Part shown: positions 8,998 through 18,263 of the stretch, in pieces
How the letters are laid out: each line of letters starts with the position of its first letter
How positions within the stretch are numbered: the first letter of the stretch is position 1
DNA from: Lachnospiraceae bacterium
Lineage (GTDB): Bacteria > Bacillota > Clostridia > Lachnospirales > Lachnospiraceae
DNA length: 64,000 nucleotides
Assembly (NCBI GenBank): GCA_017460885.1
Contig: JAFUAB010000018.1
Coordinates: forward strand, 17,726 to 81,725
Reading direction: 5' to 3'
Program-made: the position numbers and the translations under genes
Notes under the pieces: model-generated
Database searches by the model: none
Told to the model about the DNA's origin: nothing
Seen by the model: the letters and a program-made list of their open reading frames with translations, nothing else

Positions 8998-11900
8998 AAG
9001 GGAAGTTACGGATATCCTGATGAGTTCTTTTGGAGTAGTTAGAATGTACAACAGAGTATCATCCAATATGATAAAAATATTATCGCTGTTTTGCGCCGGG
9101 CTGATCGCAGCCGGATCCGCAGCCGCACCCGTCGCAGAGGTCTTTGCGGCAGCCACTGAGGAGGTTCCGCCACCGGTCAAGGAGGTCATCCCGGAGTCGG
9201 AGTCCGAAAAGGACGAAAAACAGGAACAGGAAGATGGCACTGCTTCGTTTATGACAGGCTCCCAGCTTTCCTATAAGGAAAACGAGGTCGATGTGGACGC
9301 GGATATCAGATCCGAGGTCCAGTCTGATATTGAAGCCGAATGGGTGGATATCCACGTATCCTCTCCGGAGGATATTGTCGGGCTTGCGGACAAGTGCCGT
9401 CTGGACACCTGGTCGGTCAACAAGCGCGTGATACTGGAAAATGATATCTCCATGGCGGGAGTCGATTTTAAAGGAATTCCTTCCTTCGGCGGGGTGTTTG
9501 ACGGCAGGGGACATACCGTTTCGGAGCTGAACATCGACGAGGACAGATCCTATACGGGATTTTTTGTTTATCTGCAGGAGACTGCGATCGTCCGAAATCT
9601 GAACGTCAGGGGTGTAGTTTCGACCGATGGCGGCAGATACGGGGCAGGCGGCATAGCCGGCGACAATTACGGACAGATCGTCAGCTGCAGCTTTGACGGT
9701 AAGGTATCCGGCGGAAGCTATATTGGAGGCATAGCGGGCTTTAACGAGCTGAGCGGCAGCATAACCGATACGGTGAGCCGGGGCGAGATAGGCGGCAGTC
9801 ATTTTACGGGTGGAATAGCAGGTGAGAACATCGGTAATATCAGCAGATGTCTTAATTTCGCCGATGTGAATACCATTTATAAAGAGCAGACTTTTTCGGT
9901 CCAGGACATAAATCTTGAGACATATGTCACATCGATTTTCGGAGACGACAGCAACGAAAAGAGGGAGAGCGCGGCCACTGTTGGCAGTGTTTACGATACG
10001 GGCGGGATAGCCGGCGTTTCCATAGGTGTCATCATGCACTGTGTCAACGACGGCGCTATCGGTTACGATCAGGTGGGTTACAACTGCGGAGGTATTGCCG
10101 GCAGGCAGTCGGGGTACATTTTTGACTGCACCAATAACGGCACCGTGCTCGGACGCAAGGATGTAGGCGGGATAGTCGGTCAGGCCGAGCCCTACGTTAC
10201 CATCGACCTTTCTCATGACATCGCAGCCCAGCTTAACGACAATATCCAGATCCTTCACGATCTGATCGGAAATACGCTTGAGGACGCGGGGGAAGGATCC
10301 GATGTGATCACAGACCGTCTTTCGGTGATACAGAAGTTCACGGGTCAGGCTCTTGGTGATACGAGATATCTTGCGGGCGATACCGTAGGCTTTGTCAACG
10401 GAGTTACAGGCTCCGTGAGCGAGGCCTTTTCCAGGATAGATTACATACTTGACGAGGCGTCGAAAAAGGACGGTGCCATGGATCAGACAGTGTCGGCGGC
10501 TGAAAATGTGCTTGCGTCGGGAAGGATGATCTCCGAGTCGGTAAAGGATCTGAGCGTCTATGATTATCTCAATCCCGATGAAAAGAAGGAGTATGACGAA
10601 AACAAAAGCAGGCTTGAGGAAGCCAACAATGAGTTCGACAGGTACAAAGATGAGGCCAAAAAGGCCTTTCGGAATTATTATATGTGGGTGACTGCCAAGG
10701 ATTCCGGCAAAGAATCCGATCTTGTATTTGTGCGAAATGACACCGGCGATTATACCTTTAACATAAGTACTGTCAATGATCCGGCAGAAAGATCCGTGCC
10801 GGTTTTTTACTGGGACAGCAGCAGATATCCCGCAGATCTTGACGGAGATATCGCGGAATTTATCAATACCTTCGGAACAGACGGGGTATGGTGCCACCAT
10901 ATCGAGCCCGGCGACGGTACCTGGACCGATGCTCAGTTTCCGGCGGAGGATACCGAGGCGGATCATGAAAAGCATGTGGATGATACAGAGGTGAAGACCT
11001 CGGCCGAAGTACTTTCAAAGGAGGCCGTTCAGCAGTATGCCAATAACCGTTACGCTGAAGCACACGGCACCCTGTATGCAGCGGATGTAGCCGGATATGC
11101 CGCCGGTATGACCGAGCTTCTGATGAAGCATGTGGACGAGATGAGCTCCGAGGTCAGATCCGATGTGCAAAAGGCGGTGAGCTACATGAACAGCTCGGTC
11201 ACGAATATCAGGGAAGCCGGCTCCGAGACCAAAAGGATCACCTCCACGGTCGGCGATATGGATACCATTACCCTGCCCCAGCTCAGCAACGAGTATCGGG
11301 CTCATACGTCCTCACTGGCAGACAATCTCCAGGGTATGAATGACAACTTCGGAGTGCTAAACACCGAGATAAACAGCTCCACCGGTGCTCTGGTGGGCGA
11401 CCTCTCCGATGTTAATGACCAGTTCAACAAGATAATGATGCTGTATTCAGATGCGATAGACGGAGTGCTTGACAGGGATTATTCGAATGTGTTCGAGGAT
11501 GAATCCCTTGGCATTGCCGAGACCTGCACCGATGCCACGATCGATTCCTGCGTGAACAAAGGGTATGTTTACGGGGATATCGATACGGCCGGTATAGCCG
11601 GAACCATGGCGATCGAATATGATTTCGATCCCGAGAGCGACATGACCGGCATCAGTGATGCAGAGCTTAACACGACCTTTATAACCAAATGTGTGCTGAG
11701 GGCAGACAAAAATCTGGCCGACCTGAAGGGCAAAAAGAATTACGTGGCGGGCATATGCGGGCTCCAGGAGATGGGTACCGTAACCGGCTGTGAAAACTAC
11801 GCGGATATTACTTCGGACTCGGGTCAGTATGCCGGAGGGATAGCGGGGCAGTCACTTTCGTATATCCTTAAGAGCGCCGCCAAGGGTGAGATAACGGCAT

Positions 11901-13090
11901 CCTCCTATGCCGGAGGGATAGCAGGGGACGGAACCCATATTTATGACAGCCTCGCGGCGATCTCCGTTGACGGCTCCGATGAGTGGTACGGCGCCATAGC
12001 CGGACATGTGACGGATGAGGGTAAGGTGAGAAACAATTATTTCATCGGAGATGAGCTGGCAGGCATAGACCGTGTGAGCTATTCGCACAAAGCTGAACCT
12101 GTTTCGTTCAGGCAGCTTGACAGTCTCGAGGAAGAGGGAATGACTGTTCCGGAGGACTTTAAGAGGATGCGTGTTGCCTTTATCGTAAAAGACGGGGATG
12201 ACCTTGAGATCATAGACAGAAGAAGCGTGGAATATGGCGATTCCGTAAGCTACGATTCGTATCCCGAGGCTGCTCCGAAACAGGGTTATTATGTGCAGTG
12301 GGAGGTACAGGGAGTCGGCTCTGTGACGAAGGATACCAAGATCGAAGGTGAGTATATCAAGAACCTGACCACGCTGGCCGGCAGTGAGATCAGAGAGAAC
12401 GGCCAGTCGGAGATACTTGTGGACGGTATGTTCAGAAATGATGACGAGATAGTGGTTGAAAGCTTCCTTTCGGAGATCAATGAGGTTTATGACAAGAGTC
12501 TTGTGGTCAACAGCTTCAGCATCCTTATTCCCGATGACGGAAGTGAGGTTCATACTGTCAGATATGCTTTGGATGAGGAATCCGTCAAGCTTTTTGAAAA
12601 GGATGCATTGCAGGTGCTCAGCAACGAGAACGGCAGCTGGGTTCCCGTGGGTGATCCGCGCCTGATGGGCAGATATATGCTTTTTGAGGTAAAGGGCAAC
12701 TACCCCAAGCTTCAGATCCGTCTGGAGTCCTACAAAAGGAGAATAATACGAGTGATCGTTTTGGCGGCAATAGGTTTCATAGCCGCGATCGTGATCGCCG
12801 TGCTGATCATCAGGACCATAATCAAACGCCGCGCCAAGATCAGAAAGGCGGCCCATATTATCGCAGACAAGACCCGTGAAGTTACCCAGAACATGGGCTC
12901 ACAGGAGCTTTTCTACCATGCGGAGGAGGACCGTTTCGGCAACGAAGTCGTCCCCGAAGAACCCGAGGAAGAGTCGGCACATTTGGATCAAGGGGACGGT
13001 TCCGCTGATCCGAATCCCGATCAGAGCGACGGCTCTGCTGATCCGAATCCCGATCAGAACGATAGTTCTGCTGATCCGCTTTCTGAGTGA
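8975..13090 (+). CDS. Large exported, C-terminally membrane-anchored protein with GLUG-like (GGIAG) beta-helix repeats and a central helical region
   Basis: Signal-like IKILSLFCAGLIAAGSAAA; FGGVFDGRGHTVSEL plus many GGIAG repeats; C-terminal TM followed by a basic stretch. Start uncertain (8975-9068); the 8816 start in the track is probably too early. Confidence 0.7.
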   Translation: MRMLFHNKREVTDILMSSFGVVRMYNRVSSNMIKILSLFCAGLIAAGSAAAPVAEVFAAATEEVPPPVKEVIPESESEKDEKQEQEDGTASFMTGSQLSYKENEVDVDADIRSEVQSDIEAEWVDIHVSSPEDIVGLADKCRLDTWSVNKRVILENDISMAGVDFKGIPSFGGVFDGRGHTVSELNIDEDRSYTGFFVYLQETAIVRNLNVRGVVSTDGGRYGAGGIAGDNYGQIVSCSFDGKVSGGSYIGGIAGFNELSGSITDTVSRGEIGGSHFTGGIAGENIGNISRCLNFADVNTIYKEQTFSVQDINLETYVTSIFGDDSNEKRESAATVGSVYDTGGIAGVSIGVIMHCVNDGAIGYDQVGYNCGGIAGRQSGYIFDCTNNGTVLGRKDVGGIVGQAEPYVTIDLSHDIAAQLNDNIQILHDLIGNTLEDAGEGSDVITDRLSVIQKFTGQALGDTRYLAGDTVGFVNGVTGSVSEAFSRIDYILDEASKKDGAMDQTVSAAENVLASGRMISESVKDLSVYDYLNPDEKKEYDENKSRLEEANNEFDRYKDEAKKAFRNYYMWVTAKDSGKESDLVFVRNDTGDYTFNISTVNDPAERSVPVFYWDSSRYPADLDGDIAEFINTFGTDGVWCHHIEPGDGTWTDAQFPAEDTEADHEKHVDDTEVKTSAEVLSKEAVQQYANNRYAEAHGTLYAADVAGYAAGMTELLMKHVDEMSSEVRSDVQKAVSYMNSSVTNIREAGSETKRITSTVGDMDTITLPQLSNEYRAHTSSLADNLQGMNDNFGVLNTEINSSTGALVGDLSDVNDQFNKIMMLYSDAIDGVLDRDYSNVFEDESLGIAETCTDATIDSCVNKGYVYGDIDTAGIAGTMAIEYDFDPESDMTGISDAELNTTFITKCVLRADKNLADLKGKKNYVAGICGLQEMGTVTGCENYADITSDSGQYAGGIAGQSLSYILKSAAKGEITASSYAGGIAGDGTHIYDSLAAISVDGSDEWYGAIAGHVTDEGKVRNNYFIGDELAGIDRVSYSHKAEPVSFRQLDSLEEEGMTVPEDFKRMRVAFIVKDGDDLEIIDRRSVEYGDSVSYDSYPEAAPKQGYYVQWEVQGVGSVTKDTKIEGEYIKNLTTLAGSEIRENGQSEILVDGMFRNDDEIVVESFLSEINEVYDKSLVVNSFSILIPDDGSEVHTVRYALDEESVKLFEKDALQVLSNENGSWVPVGDPRLMGRYMLFEVKGNYPKLQIRLESYKRRIIRVIVLAAIGFIAAIVIAVLIIRTIIKRRAKIRKAAHIIADKTREVTQNMGSQELFYHAEEDRFGNEVVPEEPEEESAHLDQGDGSADPNPDQSDGSADPNPDQNDSSADPLSE
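12986..13078 (+). repeat. 33-bp tandem repeat (x~3) encoding DQxDGSADPNP
   Basis: gatcaaggggacggttccgctgatccgaatccc / gatcagagcgacggctctgctgatccgaatccc / gatcagaacgatagttctgctgatccg. Confidence 0.85.
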
Positions 13091-13093
13091 TCA

Positions 13094-13294
13094 GATACAT
13101 ACCGAATATATAAAACCGGTAACACGCTACCGATTTTCTAAATCATACAACTCATCTTCTTGATCCATGGCACGAACCCGCAAACGCGCTTCGCTTGAAC
13201 GGTGCGGTTTCGTTGCATGTATCTGCGACGATTCGTTGTTGATTTAACGAAAATCGAGCTGATCGTTACCGGATTTATATATTCGGTATGTATC
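13094..13294. mobile_element. ~200-bp long-hairpin MITE-like element
   Basis: 30-bp TIR with one mismatch (gatacataccgaatatataaaaccggtaac / gttaccggatttatatattcggtatgtatc); inner arms also pair (cgattttc/gaaaatcg, taaatca/tgattta, ccgca/tgcgg) around a cgcttcgct loop. Confidence 0.75.
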
Positions 13295-13328
13295 CGGCCC
13301 GGGCACAAAGCGGATCAGCAGAGCCTTT

Positions 13329-13390
13329 CCTGTGACCCAAATGGCTCAAAAGAACCGTCCCTGTGACCCAAATGGCTCAAAAGAACCGTC
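13329..13390. repeat. 31-bp perfect tandem duplication containing the GAACCGTCC REP core
   Basis: cctgtgacccaaatggctcaaaagaaccgtc x2. Confidence 0.85.
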
Positions 13391-13629
13391 CCGCTGATAC
13401 ACTGTCGGCACATTCATAAAAAATCTGTTTTATATCCAAATATTGTGGTAAAATCGTATATTGATATGCTTTAATTATATGATATAAGGGTCAGAAGGCG
13501 CAAAATCCGAATCAAACTTGTTTGGATGAGGATTTTTGACCATGGGATTCGTGTATCAAGTCAGGGGCAAATATCTTTTGATCCTGACACCATTGAATAT
13601 TTCAGTAACAGAAACAGGTACACCATAAG

Positions 13630-15051
13630 ATGGACGATAGTATCAGGGACTCAATGAATATAGAAGAAGCACGCATGTATCTCGGCCTGGCCGGTGATAT
13701 GCAGCTGCGGTATGAATCCGATACCGACAGGTTTACGCTTTTCAGGTTTGATCCGGAGGAGATCGTATTTGACGGTACTCTGACGGATTGGATCGCTGCC
13801 ACGCGGGACAATGTGATCCCGGAATCAGAGCAGGAATTCCGTAAGTTCTGTGCCGAACTGGAAATGGGCATGGGAGCGGGAATGATCAATCAGAGGATCG
13901 AGACTCATGACTCCATATTGAAGATCAAATGCAGCTCCGTTCAGGATGAAAAGCTGGGACGGATGGTCTACGGCGTAGTCAAAACCGATATCAGGCGTGC
14001 TTTCGGTGATATCAAATACAACCGCGCGAGCGACAAGGATCCCATGCTTGATATGCTCAACAAGGCGGCCATCACGGAGTTTGCGCAGAGAGTCATTGCG
14101 CAGGAGAACTGTCCTACTACATACATAATCATTTTCGATCTGGATCACTTCAAGATGGTCAACGATACTTACGGCCATATGTTCGGAGACGAGGTGCTTA
14201 TCACGGTCACCGGCATAATCAATAAGGCGGTCGGCAATAAAGGCGTGGTCGGCAGACTCGGCGGCGATGAGATCATGATCGTTACCAAGGATATTTCGGA
14301 TAAGGCTGAGCTTCGTCCGATCATGCGTGAGATACGTATGACAATTGAAGAGGAATACGCCGGCAAGCTCGATAACATATCCCTGACATGTTCAATGGGA
14401 GCCGCAGCATTCCCCGATCACGGAGACAGCTACAAGAGTGTGATGCAGCTTGCGGACAAGATGCTCTATCTGGCTAAGGAAAAGGGCAGGAACCGCTACG
14501 TGATCTACACGCCCGAAATGCACGGCGAGCTGGTTCAGCAGCACAATGATCCCGGCAGTTCGTGGAGCTTTTCACTCGGCTTCGACAAGATCGGGATCAT
14601 CCAGTATATGCTTGAAAACTACCTGACCGGCGGCGTCAGCAGTATGGAAGCGACGTTCGGCAATGTCGGCCAGAATTTCGGGCTCAGTGAGATCCTGATC
14701 ATATATGAGGGCGGCAAGGTCGGATTCGGCTGGACTCCCGAGGGAGCCATCCATAACAAAAAGGATCTGAGGTGGCTGCACATGGACGAGGAGTTCATGT
14801 CCGGCTTTGACGAAAACAATCTCTTCGTCGTGGATTGGCTGAACAATCTCAAAGATAAGTATCCCAGGCTTCAAAAGAAGCTTGCGGAACGGGATGTGCA
14901 GTCCGCACTTTTTTACCGGCTGCGTTACCGGGGCGTGGATAAAGGTTTTATAATGTTCGCCCGGCTGGAGCAGCGGCAGAAGTGGTCTGAATACGAGTTG
15001 CTGGCGCTGTCTACGATCGCTAAAATATTTGAACTGTCTATCTACAAATAA
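13630..15051 (+). CDS. GGDEF-domain protein (diguanylate cyclase-like, GGDEI variant) with C-terminal GAF-like domain
   Basis: DPMLDMLNK, DLDHFKMVNDTYGHMFGDEVL, GRLGGDEI, ADKMLYLAKEKGRN. Confidence 0.9.
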   Translation: MDDSIRDSMNIEEARMYLGLAGDMQLRYESDTDRFTLFRFDPEEIVFDGTLTDWIAATRDNVIPESEQEFRKFCAELEMGMGAGMINQRIETHDSILKIKCSSVQDEKLGRMVYGVVKTDIRRAFGDIKYNRASDKDPMLDMLNKAAITEFAQRVIAQENCPTTYIIIFDLDHFKMVNDTYGHMFGDEVLITVTGIINKAVGNKGVVGRLGGDEIMIVTKDISDKAELRPIMREIRMTIEEEYAGKLDNISLTCSMGAAAFPDHGDSYKSVMQLADKMLYLAKEKGRNRYVIYTPEMHGELVQQHNDPGSSWSFSLGFDKIGIIQYMLENYLTGGVSSMEATFGNVGQNFGLSEILIIYEGGKVGFGWTPEGAIHNKKDLRWLHMDEEFMSGFDENNLFVVDWLNNLKDKYPRLQKKLAERDVQSALFYRLRYRGVDKGFIMFARLEQRQKWSEYELLALSTIAKIFELSIYK

Positions 15052-15092
15052 AACTGGTTATGTAAACCAACATTTAAAAAAGGAGAATGATC

Positions 15093-16109
15093 ATGAAAGC
15101 TTTACTGATTGGCGGAACCGGCCAGATAAGCATGGCCATAACCAAAAAACTTGTGACTGACGGCTGGGATGTATATCTCTTAAACCGCGGAAACCGTACT
15201 CTGGAGCTGCCCTGGGGGGTACATTCCATTGTGGCCGATATCAATGACGAAAAGACCGTGCTCGAGAAGATCGGCGACACATATTTTGACTGTGTCTGCG
15301 AATTCATCGGCTTTACCGTGGATCAGGTTGAGCGCGATCACAGGCTCTTTAAAGGACGCACGGGACAGTATATCTATATCAGCTCCGCTTCGGCATATCA
15401 TAAGCCGGTATCGGATTACCGCATCACCGAGGGCACGACGCTGTCAAACCCTTATTGGGAGTATTCCCGCAACAAGATCGCCTGCGAAGAATTCCTTATG
15501 AAAAAATACAGGGACGAGGGTTTCCCGGTGACGATCGTGCGCCCTTCGCATACCTACGACGAACGGAATATTCCTCTCGGAGTACACGGTTCCAAGGGCT
15601 TCTGGCAGGTCATTAAGAGAATGCGGGAAGGGAAGCCTGTCATCATACAGGGCGACGGTACAAGTCTGTGGACCGTGACCTTCAATACCGATTTTGCGAT
15701 CGGTTATACCGGTCTGATGGGCAACCGTCATGCGATCGGTGAAGCATTCCAGATCACCTCGGATGAGAGTCTGACCTGGAATCAGATCTATCAGACCATA
15801 GCCGATGCGCTGGGCGTTGAGCTCAAGGCTGTACACATATCGTCCGAGTTCCTCGCTGCGGTCGGGCCGGAATATGATTTCACGGGATCGCTGATCGGAG
15901 ATAAATCCAATACCGTAGTGTTTGACAATTCCAAGCTCAAGGCTATCGTGCCTCAGATGACGACGACGGTTCCTTTCCAAAAGGGTGTGAGGATCTCGTT
16001 GGAGAATATACTTAAGCATCCCGAGCTTCAGGTTGAGGATCCGGAGTTTGATGCATGGTGTGACCGTGTGATCGATGCTGTGGAAAATCTCAAAGCCACT
16101 CTTAAATGA
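15093..16109 (+). CDS. NAD-dependent epimerase/dehydratase (atypical SDR)
   Basis: LLIGGTGQIS Rossmann motif, YIYISSASAY, YSRNK, IVRPSHTY; RBS aaggag. Confidence 0.88.
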   Translation: MKALLIGGTGQISMAITKKLVTDGWDVYLLNRGNRTLELPWGVHSIVADINDEKTVLEKIGDTYFDCVCEFIGFTVDQVERDHRLFKGRTGQYIYISSASAYHKPVSDYRITEGTTLSNPYWEYSRNKIACEEFLMKKYRDEGFPVTIVRPSHTYDERNIPLGVHGSKGFWQVIKRMREGKPVIIQGDGTSLWTVTFNTDFAIGYTGLMGNRHAIGEAFQITSDESLTWNQIYQTIADALGVELKAVHISSEFLAAVGPEYDFTGSLIGDKSNTVVFDNSKLKAIVPQMTTTVPFQKGVRISLENILKHPELQVEDPEFDAWCDRVIDAVENLKATLK

Positions 16110-16173
16110 GTGCAGATATCCCCGATCTGCTTAAGGATCTGCTTTAGATGATTTTAGGGAAACATTGAATTAC

Positions 16174-16878
16174 TCAGTATTTACTTAGGGAAGTTATCGT
16201 TTCCTCAAACGCCCGCTTCCATAGTTCCAGCTTATTTTGTGTATCATACAGCTCTGCGATCCCTGTCGTGATGATCCGGATATCCTCCTCAAGCTGGTTC
16301 CTGCGGGATGTTTCGTCCGCACTGACAAGTCCCATTACCGATCTGTAATCGGGGGCTTTGCATGTTTCCATATAGCACAGAGCCGTGTTTTTGTATTCCA
16401 GGAACAGGGCTCTTTTTTGTGTTTCGGTGCCGGACACTGCCATGTCGCAGCGAAGGATCTGCGTGGCAGCGGTGAAGCGCTTCTTAGTAGAACGGGAGAT
16501 GGAGAGTCTGTCATTATACAGAGCCGTAAATTCCAGACATACCCCGAGGAATCTGTCAGTAAAATGCTCCCGATCGCCGGTCATTTTTCCCTCGGCGTCT
16601 CGTTCTCTGCGGCCTATATGGAATATGCCCTTCTTTATATCCCTGTCTATGGCATATCTTGCCTCATGCGCCCGGACCATGGAACTGATGAATTCCCTGT
16701 CCGACTCATGAGCCATGCCCGTGGAACCTGTGATTTCCTCATCCGTGTCGTTAGTCCCAACCTTCTCGGTGATGCTTTCGTCTGTTTCCCCCTCATCAGC
16801 TCCGTTAACAATGCTTTTCAGTATCGACGTCCTCTTTAAAGGATCTGTTTCCATGTAATATTCATTGTATCCGGTCAC
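16174..16878 (-). CDS. Hypothetical protein (helical, clostridial type)
   Basis: 234-aa ORF with GTG start and ggag RBS, filling the gap between convergent and divergent neighbours. Confidence 0.6.
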   Translation of the reverse strand: MTGYNEYYMETDPLKRTSILKSIVNGADEGETDESITEKVGTNDTDEEITGSTGMAHESDREFISSMVRAHEARYAIDRDIKKGIFHIGRRERDAEGKMTGDREHFTDRFLGVCLEFTALYNDRLSISRSTKKRFTAATQILRCDMAVSGTETQKRALFLEYKNTALCYMETCKAPDYRSVMGLVSADETSRRNQLEEDIRIITTGIAELYDTQNKLELWKRAFEETITSLSKY

Positions 16879-17000
16879 GTTGATAATTCTCCGATTAGTG
16901 TTTGATTTCCTATTATTTCCTTCGATAACTATTGTAATAGATTTTAGAATAATGTAAAATACTTTTTGTTCGTATTGTTTAACTACAAGGAGGAATGAAC

Positions 17001-18185
17001 ATGAAAAAGAAACTACTTGCTGTAATGCTTACAGCTGCCATGGCTGTAACAACACTCGCTGGCTGCGGCTCGGGAGCTGCTTCCGACAGCGCTTCCACAG
17101 ACGCAGGTTCCACAGAGGCTGCTGCAGATGCAGGATCTTCCGATGCTGCTGCTTCAACAGATACTTCAGGCTCAGGTAAGAGAGTAGCGGTTGCTATGCC
17201 TACCCAGTCTTCCGAGCGTTGGATCAACGATGGTGCCAACATGAAGACCCAGCTTGAAGCAAAGGGCTACACCGTAGACCTTCAGTATGCAGAGGATGAT
17301 GTACAGGCTCAGGTTTCCCAGATCGAGAACATGATCGCTGCAGGAGCTGACTGCCTTGTTATCGCTGCCATCGACTCAGGCGCACTTGTTAACGTTGAGG
17401 AGCAGGCTAAGAACGCAGGCATCCCGATCATCGCTTATGACCGTCTTCTTATGGACACAGATGCAGTTTCCTACTATGCAACCTTTGATAACAAGGGTGT
17501 AGGTACCGCCATCGGTAAGTACATCGTTGAGAACGCTACCAAGAACGGCAACAAGGGTCTTGAGGCTGTTTCCGGTGCCGGCGACAAGATGAACATCGAG
17601 CTTCTGATGGGTTCACCCGATGACAACAACGCTCTGATGCTTTACAACGGTCTTATGGAAGAGCTTCAGCCTTACTTCGACAACGGTACTCTTGTTTGCA
17701 AGAGCGGACGTACTTCCTTTGATGATACCTGTATCCTCAGATGGTCTCAGGAGACTGCTCAGCAGAACATGGAAAACTATCTGACAGGTTTCTATTCGGA
17801 TGAAGACATCGACATCGTTGCAAGCGCATTCGACGGATTCGCTTACGGTGCAAAGGCTGCCCTTGAGGGAGCAGGCTACACAGCTGATAACTGGCCGCTG
17901 ATCACAGGTCAGGATGCTGAGCTCATGGCTGTTAAGAACATCATCGGCGGTTCTCAGACAATGTCCATCTACAAGGATACAAGACTTCTTGCAGAGAAGT
18001 GCGTAACCATGGTAGAGGCAGTTGTTAACGGAGCACAGCCTGAGATTAACGATACCGAGCAGTACAACAACGGTAAGATCGTTGTTCCTTCATACCTGTG
18101 CACACCCGTTGCAGTTGATGTTGACAACTACAAGTCCATCATCGTAGACGGCGGTTACTACACAGAGGATCAGTTAGCTAACTAA
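17001..18185 (+). CDS. chvE: Multiple-sugar ABC transporter substrate-binding lipoprotein (ChvE/GguS-like)
   Basis: Lipobox LAGC; AMPTQSSERWINDG, LQYAEDDV..QVSQIENMI, YDRLLM, YYATFDN, GSPDDNNA; highly-expressed-type codon bias; RBS aggagg. Confidence 0.92.
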   Translation: MKKKLLAVMLTAAMAVTTLAGCGSGAASDSASTDAGSTEAAADAGSSDAAASTDTSGSGKRVAVAMPTQSSERWINDGANMKTQLEAKGYTVDLQYAEDDVQAQVSQIENMIAAGADCLVIAAIDSGALVNVEEQAKNAGIPIIAYDRLLMDTDAVSYYATFDNKGVGTAIGKYIVENATKNGNKGLEAVSGAGDKMNIELLMGSPDDNNALMLYNGLMEELQPYFDNGTLVCKSGRTSFDDTCILRWSQETAQQNMENYLTGFYSDEDIDIVASAFDGFAYGAKAALEGAGYTADNWPLITGQDAELMAVKNIIGGSQTMSIYKDTRLLAEKCVTMVEAVVNGAQPEINDTEQYNNGKIVVPSYLCTPVAVDVDNYKSIIVDGGYYTEDQLAN

Positions 18186-18208
18186 TCCGTAGCTGAATTT
18201 GATCTATG

Positions 18209-18237
18209 CGGGCGGCTATCCACGCCGCCCGTTTTTT
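18209..18237 (+). terminator. Intra-operon stem-loop/terminator after chvE
   Basis: cgggcggc-tatccac-gccgcccg followed by T6. Confidence 0.7.
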
Positions 18238-18263
18238 AAAACTATATGGAAGGGAGCTTTCAA

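Noticed and set aside
9080-10975. Long antisense ORFs (also 7735-8817, 18369-19796, 28149-29363, 40302-41384, 45332-46819, 49006-50517, 56205-57254)
   Set aside because: Shadows of well-supported + strand genes caused by codon bias; no recognisable motifs.
13329-13392. Possible CRISPR array from 31-bp direct repeats
   Set aside because: Only two abutting copies, no spacers, no cas genes.
13485-13600. c-di-GMP riboswitch upstream of the GGDEF gene
   Set aside because: Hairpins and GCAAA words exist, but I could not fit the class I or II consensus; needs an Infernal/Rfam search.
16237-16839. 200-aa + strand ORF
   Set aside because: Antisense to 16174-16878, which has an RBS and protein-like composition.
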